The notes: generated by a model from the letters alone, not told the origin. Counted from the stretch's first letter, positions 29,133-42,659 are shown. The stretch is 64,000 bases of DNA from Eledone cirrhosa (GCA_964016885.1 OZ024742.1:217744001-217808000), one strand, 5' to 3'. A program made the numbers and translations.

Positions 29133-29295
29133 AATGATAGTTAAGACGGGATTAATTCACCATAACTGTTTATTGCATGATATATATTTCTGTTACATGG
29201 TTATTCATGTGACTTCGTGAGATTCTTAAGTATAACAGAAATATATATCATGAAATAAACAGTTATGGTGAATTAATCCCGTCTTAACTATCATT
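29133..29295. repeat. Inverted repeat (~63-bp arms) next to a SINE fragment at 29072-29132
   Basis: aatgatagttaagacgggattaattcacc...ggtgaattaatcccgtcttaactatcatt. Confidence 0.8.
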
Positions 29296-29307
29296 ATTTG
29301 ATAATTA

Positions 29308-29907
29308 GGGCGGTGGATTGGCAGTATCGGTAGAGAGTCGGACGCCATGCTTTCCAGCATAGTTACGTCCCTTTACGATCTGAGTTCAAATCCCGCCGAG
29401 GTTGACTTTGCCTTTCATCCTTACAGGGTCGATAAAATAAAGTACCAGTAATACACTGGGTAATTGCTGGCCTTGTGCCTAAAGTAGAAACAATTATTTG
29501 ATAATTGGCAGTATCAGTAGAGAGTCGGACGCCATGCTTTGACGCAAAGAGTTACGGCCCTTGCCATTCTGAGTGCAAATCCCGCCGAGGTTAACTTTGC
29601 CTTTCATCCTTACGGGGTCGATAAAATAAAGTACCAGTAATACACTGGATAATTGCTGGCCTTGTGCCAAACGTAGAAACAACTATTTGATAAATGGATT
29701 GTCAGTATCGGTAGAGAGTCGGGCACCATGCTTTGCAGCATAGAGTTACGGCCCTCTACGGTCTGATTTCAAATCTCGCCGAGGTTAACTTTGCCATTCA
29801 TCTTAACGGGGTCGATAAAATAAAGCACCAGTAAAGTAACTGGGGTCGATTTAATCGACTTCCCCCTCCCCCCAAATTACCGGTCTTGTACCTATACGAG
29901 AAATCAT
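29308..29907 (+). mobile_element. Three tandem tRNA-derived SINEs
   Basis: gggcggtggattggcagtatcgg (A-box)...gagttcaaatcc (B-box)...agaaacaattatt. Units are separated by (a)ttatttgataa. Confidence 0.9.
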
Positions 29908-31127
29908 TATTTGATAAATGAATACTCCGTCGCTCATAATCACCTACCTGGGACAAACTACTGACATGAAGTGCTTTGGATCGTTAGGATCTGCTTATTC
30001 TCAAGAAGTTACAACATAACAACTAAGATAAACAACACTCTTCTGCAGTACAACTAAAGAGAGGAGTTTGTACTCCACCATCCAACAAAATTAAAAACAC
30101 AATGTTGTATACATCTGAGGAATATGGAGAGGCACCAATTGAACTGTCCAAGAAAAAAAAACCGAGGATGAAGTAGATTTGTAGCGATGCAAAAATCATT
30201 TGGTTATAGCATGTGAAGAGTTTCGTTTGGATTTGGTATTGTTGTTCACTTTGGCGTGGTAGATGTAGAAGTAAATGTTGTTAGCTTGATGGGCGATTCC
30301 GTGAATTGCTCTCTCTCCCATAATGTTTGTGATTTATGGCAAATGAATTGAGTGTGAGTGTCTCAGTGAGTCGAGATGTGTGGCTGTATTCGTTGCCATA
30401 GTCAGTAGTTGAAAGTTGAAAGTAAAGCTGCCATTAGCAATATCCGATGAACAATAACAAACATCGTTACTATAATATTTTTTATTAAAAAATAACTTAC
30501 GTCGAAGTTATTTTGACAACACAGGAAAATAATAAAGAATCAAATGAATTTTGTTTGTGTGGTTGGTTTGCGTGAATGCTGACAAGATGCATGGAACTAA
30601 CTTTAATCAAAGTATTGAGAGTGCTACATCCTTCTGCTTGCAGGTGCAAACTCTGTGTGATGTGTCGCTTTTGCAAGACGAGAGCAGAATGGCTTGAAGA
30701 AAGTGTTATCTTTGATAACCTACAAATGACTCTAGTGGGATGCTTTCTCCAGACAAACTGGCGACAATTCGAAACAAAGGAAAAATGAATACCATGTTGT
30801 CCAGGGGTCAGCATATGTGGTGAAACTGACCTACTTTGCTGACATCAACACAAGAATTCAGATTACTGCTACAACTTTTCCTGTCATCCTCGGAAATGGA
30901 ACTTTTTGTATGACTAATGTTGCTACAGGAATTTCCCCATCACTTGGTCTTGTTACAGCCCATTGGAATAGAAAACTCTCAAGTGATGTTTGCTGCCACA
31001 AGTGTAACAACTGAGCTTTCTACCTTGCCCCAACTTATCTCATATGTATGTACTTATAATGGGCCAAGTTCTGGAATAACCTTGTGGTACTGAGCGGCCA
31101 CCAGTACAAGAATAATAACAATAATAA

Positions 31128-31860
31128 TTCTTTCTAACATTGGCACAAAGCCAGTAATTTTGGAAAAAAGAGAAGTCAATTATATCGACCCCGGGAGGAT
31201 GAAGGGCAAACTTGACTTCGATGGGATTTGAACTCAGAACCTAAAGAGTCATAACTAAATGTCACAGAGACTCCCACCAGATAAAATGTTTTCTAGTGTA
31301 AGTATACGGCTTGTGGCTTGACACATTCAGCAAACCCACCACCCTTATAAAACAAAAAAATAAAAATAAATAAAAAGACTGGGACGAAGGGAAAAAGTTG
31401 ATTTAATTTAACTCAGTAATAATTGTTTCTACTTTTGGCACAAGGCCAGCAATGGCCCAGTGCATTACTGGTACTTTATTTTATCGACCCCGTAAGGATG
31501 AAAGGTAAAGTTAACCTCAGCGGGATTTGAACTCAGAATGGCAAGGGCCGTAACTCTATGCGTCAAAGCATGGCGTCCGACCCTCTGACGATAAATGCAA
31601 AGCAAAGTTGATTTTGGCGGGATTTGAATCCCAAATCTTTAGACCCAAAACAAATACAGCAATGCATTTCCCAACGTTTTAACAGTTGAAGTCCACCATC
31701 CTTCTAACGGTTTCTAATTTAGGGCTGATGTAAATCAATTGAATTAACCCAGTACTTGACTGACTGGAATTTTTTTAAATATAGAGTGAAGGACAATGTA
31801 GACTTCGGCGACATTTCAACTTAGAACATGGTGACAGAACAAATACCGATGTTCTTATGA
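31128..31860 (-). mobile_element. Cluster of old and young SINE fragments (clearest at 31423-31592)
   Basis: Similar to the SINE consensus, with varying divergence. Confidence 0.65.
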
Positions 31861-31976
31861 CTTTGCCAGTCCACTTATATGTTGTCATTTACTGTTTATA
31901 ATTTTTCAAATTATAAAATATAAACAGTGTACATTGGCGGATCAATATGACTTTCGATGAAAGCAATGTGCTGCGA

Positions 31977-32107
<131 letters not shown>

Positions 32108-32158
32108 GTATGTATGTATGTATGTATGTATGTATGTATGTATGTATGTACGTGTATA

Positions 32159-32332
32159 CGAGGGTCGGCTGAAAGGTTCATAGGCTGACCAAGATATTCT
32201 CATGGAATGACCAAATGAGGCTTATTTTTCAACATAGTGCGTGGAATGAAACAATTAATAAGTTTAAATTAATACGTGTGTAGCAGATAAATGTTTATTT
32301 TAGTCAGTCTATGAACTTTTCAGCCGACCCTC

Positions 32333-32333
<1 letters not shown>
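32159..32333. mobile_element. Tc1/mariner-type MITE with TA target-site duplication
   Basis: TA-cgagggtcggctgaaaggttcataggctgac ... gtcagtctatgaacttttcagccgaccctcg-TA. Confidence 0.85.
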
Positions 32334-32394
<61 letters not shown>

Positions 32395-32535
32395 GGTACG
32401 TTATTCCGGGTTGAATCGGAGGTAACCACAGTAAGTAAGGTACTCAATACATAGCAGAGTATAAAAGTTTTAATATAGATGAGATTCTACAGGACTAGAA
32501 CTGTTTCATTCTTTGTAGAATCTCATCTATATTAA

Positions 32536-32540
<5 letters not shown>
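32395..32540 (-). mobile_element. Short PLE-like 3' remnant with internal hairpin; homologue at 37372-37500 (+)
   Basis: Shares atGAAACAGTTCTAGTCCTGTAGAA with 37390-37415. 26-bp inverted arms. Flanked by (TA)n. Confidence 0.5.
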
Positions 32541-32577
<37 letters not shown>

Positions 32578-32631
32578 GGAAAAGAATGAAACGATATTTC
32601 ATTTCTCACCTCTTAGTACGTATACAATATA

Positions 32632-32677
<46 letters not shown>

Positions 32678-32739
32678 ATTGACTTATATATTATGAAATA
32701 CTGTTGGCTTCTTGCTCACATTAATTTCTCTATTTTCAT

Positions 32740-32777
<38 letters not shown>

Positions 32778-32833
32778 ATGTGTGTGTGTGTGTGTGTGTG
32801 TATCTATGCATACATACATATATATATATATAC

Positions 32834-32926
<93 letters not shown>

Positions 32927-33123
32927 CATACGGGATACGCATATCTATATCTATCTATCTATAGATATATATGTGTGTGCGCGCACACGCACACACCAGG
33001 AGTAGCTAACTCTTTTTCACTCTATCCTCCATGAACCCATTTAATTATTCTCTCTTTCTGTCATTAACACACACACACACACAATCGCACACATTGCACA
33101 CAACGCACACACACACACACACA

Positions 33124-33164
<41 letters not shown>

Positions 33165-33394
33165 GTATATTACTACTGTCTAAGTATACGTGCGTCTCTG
33201 CCCACCCGCTCTCTCTGGCATTGTTTGCTAAACTGTACATCTGCTGCCGTGTGCAGCGTCCTACCTACAGATCTGGGCGCCATATCACAGTTTGCTCGCC
33301 CCTTTCCTTCTTCTCACTCGATACGTCTGTCTCTCTCTCTCAGCTCTATAACCAGCCGGCCGACCAGCCGGCCAGACACGGTCAGTCCCTCAGT

Positions 33395-33428
<34 letters not shown>

Positions 33429-33645
33429 GCGCGCCTTATCCGAACACCTGGCTCTTATCCAGGAGAAAACACCGAAGCATGGGTGAGTGTGGATAGAATA
33501 GGGTAAGGATGGTGCTGGTGTTGGGAGGGGAGAGGTTGGTTTAGGAGACTCGGGCGCACACGCACGCATACACTCGCGCACACAGACACATACAAACGCG
33601 CGCGCATTCTCATTATGCTAACAAACATTGATGCACACATCGCTG

Positions 33646-33688
<43 letters not shown>

Positions 33689-33689
33689 G

Positions 33690-33755
<66 letters not shown>

Positions 33756-33837
33756 TGCACATCTCTGCGTATACACACATTTGATATACAAAAAGAATAG
33801 AATTTGAGTGTCTGACGAATGGCGAAACTGTCGGGGA

Positions 33838-33877
<40 letters not shown>

Positions 33878-34104
33878 TGTGGATGTAGATGTATGTGTGT
33901 ATATGTGTGTGGATGAGGGTGTATGCGTGTATCTGTGTGGATGAGGGTGTATGTGTGTGGGTGTGGATGTATGTGTGCATATGAGTGTGCACGTGAACGT
34001 GTGTGTGTGTGTATGTGTGTGTGTGTGTGGGTGTGTGTGTGTGTGTGGGGGGGGGTATAAGTTGGGGGGGGTAATGCTTAGATAATATTGGGATGGAGCT
34101 GAGA

Positions 34105-34845
34105 TGCTGCTGCTGTTGTTGTTGTTACTGTTGTGGTTGTTGTTGTTATTGCTGTTGTTGCTATTGTTGTTGCTATTGCTGTTACTGTTGTTGTTGCTGC
34201 TGTTGTTGCTATTGTTGATGCTATTGTTGTTGCTGTTGTTGCTGTTGTAGTTGCCGCTGTTGTTGCTGCTGCTGTATTTGTTCATGCTGATGTATTTGTC
34301 GGGGTTGTTGTTGCTGTTGCTGTTGTTGTTGTTGTTGCTGCTGCTATTGTATTGCTTTTGCTGTTGTTGTTGTCTCTGTTGTCGCTGTTGTTGTTAGTAT
34401 TGTTGTTACTGCTGCTATTGTTGTTGTCGCTGTTGTTGTTAGTATTGTTGTTACTGTTGCTGTTGTTGTTGTCGCTGTTGTTGTTAGTATTGTTGTTGCT
34501 GCTGCTATTGTATTGTTGTTGTTGTTGCTGTTGTTGTTGTCTTTGTTGTTACTGCTGCTATTGTATTGTTGTTGTTGTTGCTGTTGTTGTCTTTGTTGTC
34601 GCTGTTGTTGTTAGTATTGTTGTTGCTGCTGCTAATGTTGTTGTTGTTGTTAGTATTGTTGTTGCTATTGCTGTTGTTGTTGTCTTTGTTGTCGCTGTTG
34701 TTGTTAGTATTGTTGTTGTTGTTGCTGTTGTTGTTGTCTTTGTTGTTCATGTTGTTGTTAGTATTGTTGTTGTTGTTGCTATTGTTGTTGTTGTTCATGT
34801 TGCTGTGAATGTTGTTTTTGTTTTTGCTGCTATTGCTGTTGTTAG
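34105..34845. repeat. (TTG/CTG)n compound trinucleotide repeat
   Basis: Direct inspection; includes a recurring sub-unit gtcgctgttgttgttagtattg. Confidence 0.9.
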
Positions 34846-35068
34846 TTTACACAGTGACGTCCAGAAGAAGCAGCTCTATAAGTTGTCGCTAAAACTGGTA
34901 AAGTTAATAGCCAAATCCTCAAATCACATCTTCAAACCAACTCCCACCAAAAAGCCAATCTAAGTTTCGAAATCACGAAACTGAAAATTCAAATTATTAT
35001 ACGAACTACAACAATGGATATGATGACGATGACAACAACAACAACCACAACCATAACAACTTCTGTAA

Positions 35069-35122
<54 letters not shown>

Positions 35123-35129
<7 letters not shown>

Positions 35130-35947
35130 ACGTCAAGACGGGCGGTCTCAAAAGTGAAACTAATTTTTGACAGATACGATTGTGTATATGTGTGTATATA
35201 TATGTGTGTGTGTATGTATATATATATATGTGTGGGTGTGTATATGTGTGTATATATATGTGTGTGTGTATGTATATATATATATGTGTGTTTGTATATA
35301 TATATATATATGTGTTTGTGTCATCATCATCGTTTAACGTCTATCTTCCACGCAAGCATGGGTTTAGACGTATATATATGTTTGTGTGTATATATGTGTT
35401 TGTGTGTATATATATGTGTGTTTGTGTGTATATATATGTGTCTGTATATATATATATATATGTGTATGTATATATATATTTATGCACACATACACATTTG
35501 TATGAATTTGTTATGCCACATGCATATATATATATACATCTACAAATTCATACAAATGTGTATGTGTGCATAAATATATATATACATACACATATATATA
35601 TATACAGACACATATATATACACACAAACACACATATATATACACACAAACACATATATACACACAAACATATATATACGTCTAAACCCATGCTTGCGTG
35701 GAAGATAGACGTTAAACGATGATGATGACACAAACACATATATATATACAAACACACATATATATATATACATACACACACACATATATATACACACATA
35801 TACACACCCACACATATATATATATTAAGAAATCCATACAATTGCGTGTGTCTGCATTATACTTTCACTATTCAAAAAACAAACAAATTCACAATCGTAT
35901 CTGTCAAATATTAGTTTCACTTTTGAGACCGCCTGTCTTGACGTATG

Positions 35948-35950
<3 letters not shown>
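35123..35950. repeat. Large palindrome (~350-400-bp arms, ~30-bp spacer)
   Basis: The left arm, including an RTE tail at 35321-35370, is mirrored at 35540-35950. Confidence 0.85.
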
Positions 35951-36039
<89 letters not shown>

Positions 36040-36102
36040 TATACACACACACATATATATATATATATATACACGGGTGTGTATGATCGTGTATAGAAGA
36101 TT

Positions 36103-36649
36103 ATATTAATAAAAGGAATTTCAACTTTGTCTGATTTACTCGTTTTATTTACAATCCTTTAAAATTATAATGGTATTAGAATGAAATAGTATGGTAGAAT
36201 ATTAAATGTTAAGTGTTAATTGAACAAATACTTTCATGCTTTCGCAATCTTCAGGTTCATATTGTGTGGTGACAGTCAAGTTTGTTGCAAACTTGACTGT
36301 CACCACACAATATGAACCTGAAGATTGCGAAAGCATGAAAGTATTTGTTCAATTAACACTTAACATTTAATATTCTACCATACTATTTCATTCTAATACC
36401 ATTATAATTTTAAAAGCAGTATCGGTAGAGGGTCGGACGCCATGCTTTCCAGCATAGTTACGTCCCTTTACGATCTGAGTTCAAATCCCGCCGAGGTTGA
36501 CTTTGCCTTTCATCCTTACGGGGTCGATAAAATAAAGTAGCAGTAATGCACTGGGTAATTGCTGGCCTTGTGCCTAAAGTAGAAACAATTATAATTTTAA
36601 AGGATTGTAAATAAAACGAGTAAATCAGACAAAGTTGGAATTCCTTTTA

Positions 36650-36655
<6 letters not shown>
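36103..36655. repeat. Near-perfect ~180-bp-arm palindrome, 3-nt loop, right arm split by a SINE
   Basis: Centre is ...gtcaagtttg-ttg-caaacttgac.... The left arm recurs at 42175-42357. Confidence 0.9.
36416..36587 (+). mobile_element. 5'-truncated SINE with 14-bp target-site duplication
   Basis: attataattttaaa on both sides. Confidence 0.9.
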
Positions 36656-36704
<49 letters not shown>

Positions 36705-37518
36705 GGATTAAATATTTTTATTATTAGAAATAAATTTATGGTGAGGAGAAAAACGATATTCGTACAATATTGGATGTTTATTCTGTCTAAGTTTCACAGG
36801 CAATCCCTAGTTACTTTCGAGTAAATCACTAGATGAACGTGATAGAAATCTGTAACGGATGGCCTTATATATATACACACACACGCACACACACATTTAT
36901 AGATATATAGTTCAAGAAATAACAAGACAAACATAAAGATGCAAACACACACAGCGTACACACACACACAATTACGCGCGCGCGCGCACACACACACACA
37001 CAATTATAGATATATAGTTCAAAGAAATAACAAAACAAACATAAAGATGCAAACACACACAGCGCACACACACATACACGCATACACACACACACACACA
37101 CGCATACACACACATACATACATACACATACACATATATATATATATATATTATTTCGTGAGTATTAATGCCGTTACAGATAATATACACACATACACAC
37201 ACACACATATATATATAATTGTTTCTACTTTTGGCACAAGGCCAGCAATTACCCAGTACATTACTGGTACTTTATTTTATCGACCTCGTAAGGATGAAAG
37301 GCAAAGTATACATATGTATATAATATATAGAAACTAGAACTGTGTATTTAGTATGAAATCACCAAGAAAGTCTTGATGATATCATACCAATGAAACAGTT
37401 CTAGTCCTGTAGAAATAATTTCTATATAAAATAAAAATGCCTATACTCTACTGCCGTATTTTAAATGTGGTTATCTCCCGATACCATCGGGAATCCACAC
37501 ATTATATATATATATATA

Positions 37519-37576
<58 letters not shown>

Positions 37577-37629
37577 ATATATATGTATGTGTGTGTGTGT
37601 GTGTATGTGTGTGTGTGTGTGTGTTTTAC

Positions 37630-38320
37630 AAACTTACTGGCTATGGAACTATAATACTTAATCTGTCTGTTTTTTTTAGCCTGATTATATTTTTTTCTGC
37701 AAAATATTAGATATGTGGTTTCCTCTGATATTGGCTGTATGCAAGAGCTCGAGCTCTTGGATTTTTAGCTTTAATTCTCTCATTGAGCGATCATAGAGCT
37801 GCATGATCGTTATATTATATAACAATCTCTTTTATTTGTATGCTCTTAGCTTAGTTGAGCAGTTTTTTGTGAGTTACTGTGTGAGTTATTTTTAGCGTTA
37901 TCACTTACCACTTTCATCCTATCAGACATTTAAATTTTATTTTTACTCTACACGTGTCTTAAGCAATGGCCGTTTCCCGTTCTTTGGCCTCAAATATTTT
38001 TCTGGAATTACAAGATGCCTATGAATGATTGCCAGTTCTTTGCTTCATCAGTTATCGATGTTAACGGTAGATGATTTTGTTGGTATGAAATGGTACTATA
38101 CAGATCTTATAAAAACTTAGTGGCTATGTAAGTATAATACTTATTCTGTCTCTCTGTTTTTTAACCTGATTAGATTGTTCTGAGCAAAATGTTACATATG
38201 TGGTTTGCTACGATATTGGCAGTGTGCAAAGGCCCTAAGGTCTTGGATTTTTAACTTCAATTCTCTCATTGAGTGATCATAGAGTCGCATGATCATTACA
38301 TTATGTATCGATCTCTTTTT
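37630..38320. repeat. Diverged ~200-bp direct repeats, ~483-bp period
   Basis: 37630-37832 aligns with 38113-38320 (aaactta.tggctatg...aattctctcattgag.gatcatagag). Confidence 0.65.
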
Positions 38321-40192
38321 TAATTGTTTAGGGAGTAAATCCTTCTCTGACACAGTGAGCATATGAAAACAATAGTGTTAAGATAATGCGTGCAAATATT
38401 TTATTGTTGGTGCTATTATTTATTATATTCAGTTTCTCTTCTAAAGGGTATTCAGATATGAATATACTTGCTGTACAAAAAAAGTAAACGTATATAAAAT
38501 ACTTCAATGTGAACTGGATTTTATTTCAATAAAACAAAATATCAATATATATGTTTAGGAGGTTTCAAAACGTGTGTGTATATATGCATATGTGTCGTTA
38601 ATATACAGACTACTACCATCGCTACCACAATTGCCTGGACGATATGGGAAAACGCTCTGCAACGACAGAACCACAGGCTTATGCCGCCTCATGAATATAG
38701 AAAGCGCTACCCCAGAGGATAGTGAGGGAAACGCGTTGGAAGTGCCATCCCAACTCACGAGGCTCTCTCATGCGAGTGGCCATTTCCATCCCGATAGTAA
38801 TCAGTAGGGAGGTAGTTCGGGTTCTAAGAACGCCAGAAGTCTTCACCATTATTCAGTAACAAACCTATCGGAGAGCGGCCTATACTTCATATATGTTTTG
38901 TGTGAGGGTTTATGGGTTGTTTGGTAATTGTTATTGTTTAGCCCAGGTCAACACTGTGTGAGCAAATCTATAATCAAGGGCGTTCTAGACGTGCCGCTCT
39001 CGTCTTTTCCGGAGAATCTTCAACTACGTTATCTAGTGTATTCTTCTATTATAGGCACTAGTTATTGATGTTTTTGCCCCACTTTCTAGATTCTGGGACT
39101 TCGCAGTGTTACCTTGAAACGTCGAAGATGTCGATGAGTGTTAGTTATAATTCTTTTAGGTCCTTTGGTTTCATTTGTTTGTAATTATGTTAAGCTCTGA
39201 GACTTTTTAGTCCTTGGATGCTCCTATAGTTGTTCCTGTCTGATGTATAAAGAGATCAAGGTTATTGTTTTAGCGGTAAATATGTTTCTAGCACTCCCAG
39301 TGCCTGTATATTTTTTTCTGATTGCCTAAAACGGAATTTACCTTCTGATGGAATGTACTCAAATTATTTAATGTAAATGTTATGACTTGGGGTGTGGTGT
39401 AATCATTATTACTTTTGTTGATGATGTTAATTAATTTGGATTGTGTTTTACTTTGCCTGTTTTGTGATTTATGTTGAATACCATTTCGCCTGATCCATGA
39501 GCAGATGTGAATAAATATATAGTGCAGTGAGCTGCCAACCTCTCAATACAGGACTGAACCCAACTACACGTACACGAACCACTAGATACTGATGTTCACC
39601 TCTTTCTCTCTATACAAAGTAATCAAATATACACTACGGCCGGAATAAGATCTTTATAGGCCCTAAGCATTGAAAAGATTATTACACCCTCATATACTAT
39701 ATGGTATCCGTATATACTTCCTTATTTGAGGCCGTAAGCTAGTGCTTATTTTGCTTAATGGTTAATCCAGGGCAAATCTACACCTAAACGTTTGTTCAAG
39801 GTTGCTGTTGTTGTTTACATTCATCAATTCTGACAGAGCTGATCTATTATCAAATGCGTTCCAGCACGTTGTGTTAGGGATATGTTGGATTATATACAAT
39901 AAAAAAGACCCGATGACCATGTACTCGAGCGGCAGAGGTGCGACTTAGCAACGAGGCCCATAAATCGATGTTTGAGGGACCGGGATGAACACATGCTACG
40001 TATATCTGTGATTTTCCAGCGGCCATATACTTTGTTTAGGTGGACAGGAAACAGTAGGGATGTTTAATGTCTGCTTCAATAGCTTGCTGTGGTTCTCCTT
40101 AAGATATGGAGTGCTACAGAAATAACAGCAACGAGGAACGATGATGGTAAGTATACATACATATACACGTACATACATATATACTTACACAA

Positions 40193-40227
<35 letters not shown>

Positions 40228-40461
40228 CATATACATATATTAATCAGATAGAGATTCGACCGCTAGATGTAACTGGTTATCGAACTTTCAAGGAATAAGA
40301 GAGGAGGAAAGTGAAGAAGAGGAAGAAAAGAAAAAAAGAAAGAAAAAAAGAAACAGAATAGCAGAGAAGGGAAGAAGAAAGAGAGGAAGAAAAAATGAAA
40401 AAAGAAACAAACAGAAACGCAGACTGCCTCCCCCCTCTCTCTCTCTCTATATATATATATA

Positions 40462-40511
<50 letters not shown>

Positions 40512-40608
40512 AGTATACATACACACACACACACGCACATATATATAAGCTTTTTGTAAAGTAGTTGAATAAGATGAGTAAAGGTAAATATCCCCAGGAG
40601 CTGCATTA

Positions 40609-40656
<48 letters not shown>

Positions 40657-41009
40657 ATACACGCATACACACACACGTACACACATATACACACACATAC
40701 AAACACACACATACACACATATATATATATATATTCCTGTTTTCTTCCTTTTCTTACTCTTGTTTATCTTCCTATTTTTTCTCTCTCTCTCATTCTATTT
40801 TTCGATGGCGTACTAACGTCTGGAACGGTAAAATTATTTTCTTGCTATATCAAGCGTTATGCTAATATATATTATCAATGTATTGTATTATTCCCCAGTG
40901 TTTGATTGACTTGTTGATTAACTCTTCTCATATGTATACAATATATTATAGACAATGTAGTATGCCCAAGTGCAGAAAATAACTAAGTACAGTCAGTTGT
41001 TATGAAATA

Positions 41010-41206
41010 TTGCCAGTGATTTTGGGGGAGGGGAAAGTCGATTAAATCGACCCCAGTGCGTGACTGGTACTTTATTTTATCGACCCCGTGAGGATGAAAG
41101 GCAAAGTTAACCTCGGCGGGATTTGACATCAGATCATAAAGGGCCGCAACTCTTTGTTGCAAAGCATGGCGCCCGACTCTCTACCGATACTGCCAATCCA
41201 CCGCCC
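41010..41206 (-). mobile_element. tRNA-derived SINE (long-tail subtype)
   Basis: Full head ccaccgccc; tail with tcgattaaatcgacccc as at 29845 and 63170. Confidence 0.85.
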
Positions 41207-41336
41207 TCCATTGTTATGAAATATTGGGTCTCAAGTATGAAATTTGTAGAAATTTTTTTTTTTTCTACAAATTTTTTTTCTACAAATTTCATACTTGAGA
41301 CCCAATAGCCTTAGAGAAGGAAAATGAAGTTGACAG

Positions 41337-41404
41337 CGGCCGATACGAGGAATCGAACCTAGTATCTTTCAGATATCGGCTAAGTGCTCTAACCATAGAT
41401 CTAA
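41337..41404 (-). other. tRNA-like Pol III head (SINE or tRNA pseudogene) interrupted by a MITE
   Basis: Minus strand TAGATCTATGGTTAGAGC...GGTTCGATTCC (A- and B-box). Acceptor stem is poor. Confidence 0.5.
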
Positions 41405-41625
41405 CCCTTTAGCATTTAAACCGGTCGTATCCGACCAGTATTCTCTCATCTCTTTCTGTTCAAACCGGCTGTAACTGGCTGCTCATACCTATAATAAGGT
41501 ATTATTCTCAAAGTAAATAACATCAAAATCTCATAGATTCAATATTATGTGAAATAATTATGTAAGATAAAGCCTTTACTGTGAAAATACAATAGTAAAT
41601 ATGGAATAATGGGAATGCTAAAAGG
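41405..41625. mobile_element. piggyBac-like MITE with CTAA target-site duplication
   Basis: ctaa-ccctttagcatt ... aatgctaaaagg-ctaa. Confidence 0.6.
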
Positions 41626-41697
41626 CTAAGGGGCAACGTTTTACCGTCTGAATTAGGGATAGGAATCAAACAGGTTTGAAAATGTTAACAAACACCG

Positions 41698-41901
41698 TGT
41701 GTGAAGGCTTAAATTTTCGAACTTACGAAGCGCTGAGAGAATAAAGTTTTTTTTCCGTCTCTAAAGGTCTTTACCCTATTTCATAAAATGTTTTATAGCA
41801 ACTGAATCTACTTAAAGTTATTTTCTGTGCCCGAGCATACTACATCTCTGTAAACGTTATTCTCTCAGACCTTCGTAAGTTCGAAAGATCGAGCTTCGCA
41901 C

Positions 41902-41902
<1 letters not shown>
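41698..41902. repeat. Imperfect inverted repeat (MITE-like)
   Basis: tttcgaacttacgaagcgctgagagaataa versus ttattctctcagaccttcgtaagttcgaaa. Confidence 0.55.
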
Positions 41903-41960
<58 letters not shown>

Positions 41961-42095
41961 GAAAAAGTGGAGAATAAGATAGTCAACAGTGCAAAAAAGG
42001 GGATTTATTTACAGTCTAACAATTGTTTCACTGATAAAGATGTTTAAAAATTGCTGAACACCAGAAGCAGTGCCACTCAATTTTAAATACGATGT

Positions 42096-42177
<82 letters not shown>

Positions 42178-42659
42178 TTAATAAAAGGAATTCCAACTTT
42201 GTCTGATTTACTCGTTTTATTTACAATCCTTTAAAATTATAATGGTATTAGAATGAAATAGTATGGTAGAATATTAAATGTTAAGTGTTAATTGAACAAG
42301 TACTATCATGCTTTCGCAATCTTCAGGTTCATATTGTGTGGTGACAGTCAAGTTTGCAATACGGAAAAAGAACTTTATTCTCTCAGCGCTTCGTAAGTTC
42401 GAAAATATCTTCTATACACAATCATACACACCCGTGTTGAAAAGCATTTAGAAATGCGCAACCGGTAAAAACTTAAAAACTTAAAACCACAACTGAATAC
42501 TAACCCATACAATCACTAATACTCTTTTATTCCTAATTAAACCATTTTTCAACTGTGAACAATTTGTCAGCATTTTCTATTCCGTTTACCAATATATAAT
42601 AACTTGTGTGTTACACCTCTATTCTTTTAACTATCATATCCTCACACGAGATACAGAAA

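Noticed and set aside
30500-31020. Possible LTR-retrotransposon gag knuckle (CYTCGSKHH) and protease relic on the minus strand
   Set aside because: The final Cys and the catalytic DTG are missing; too decayed to support without an HMM search.
33455-34963. Asn-rich and Val/Leu-rich 276-aa ORFs
   Set aside because: Translations of (AAC/TTG)n and dinucleotide repeats.
39050-39420. Possible 3' end of an R4/Dong-type LINE on the minus strand (similar hint at 57200-57380)
   Set aside because: Only weak, frameshifted motif resemblance.
41222-41307. 30-bp-arm hairpin with T runs, as a possible intrinsic terminator
   Set aside because: Eukaryotic context; better explained as another small fold-back duplication.
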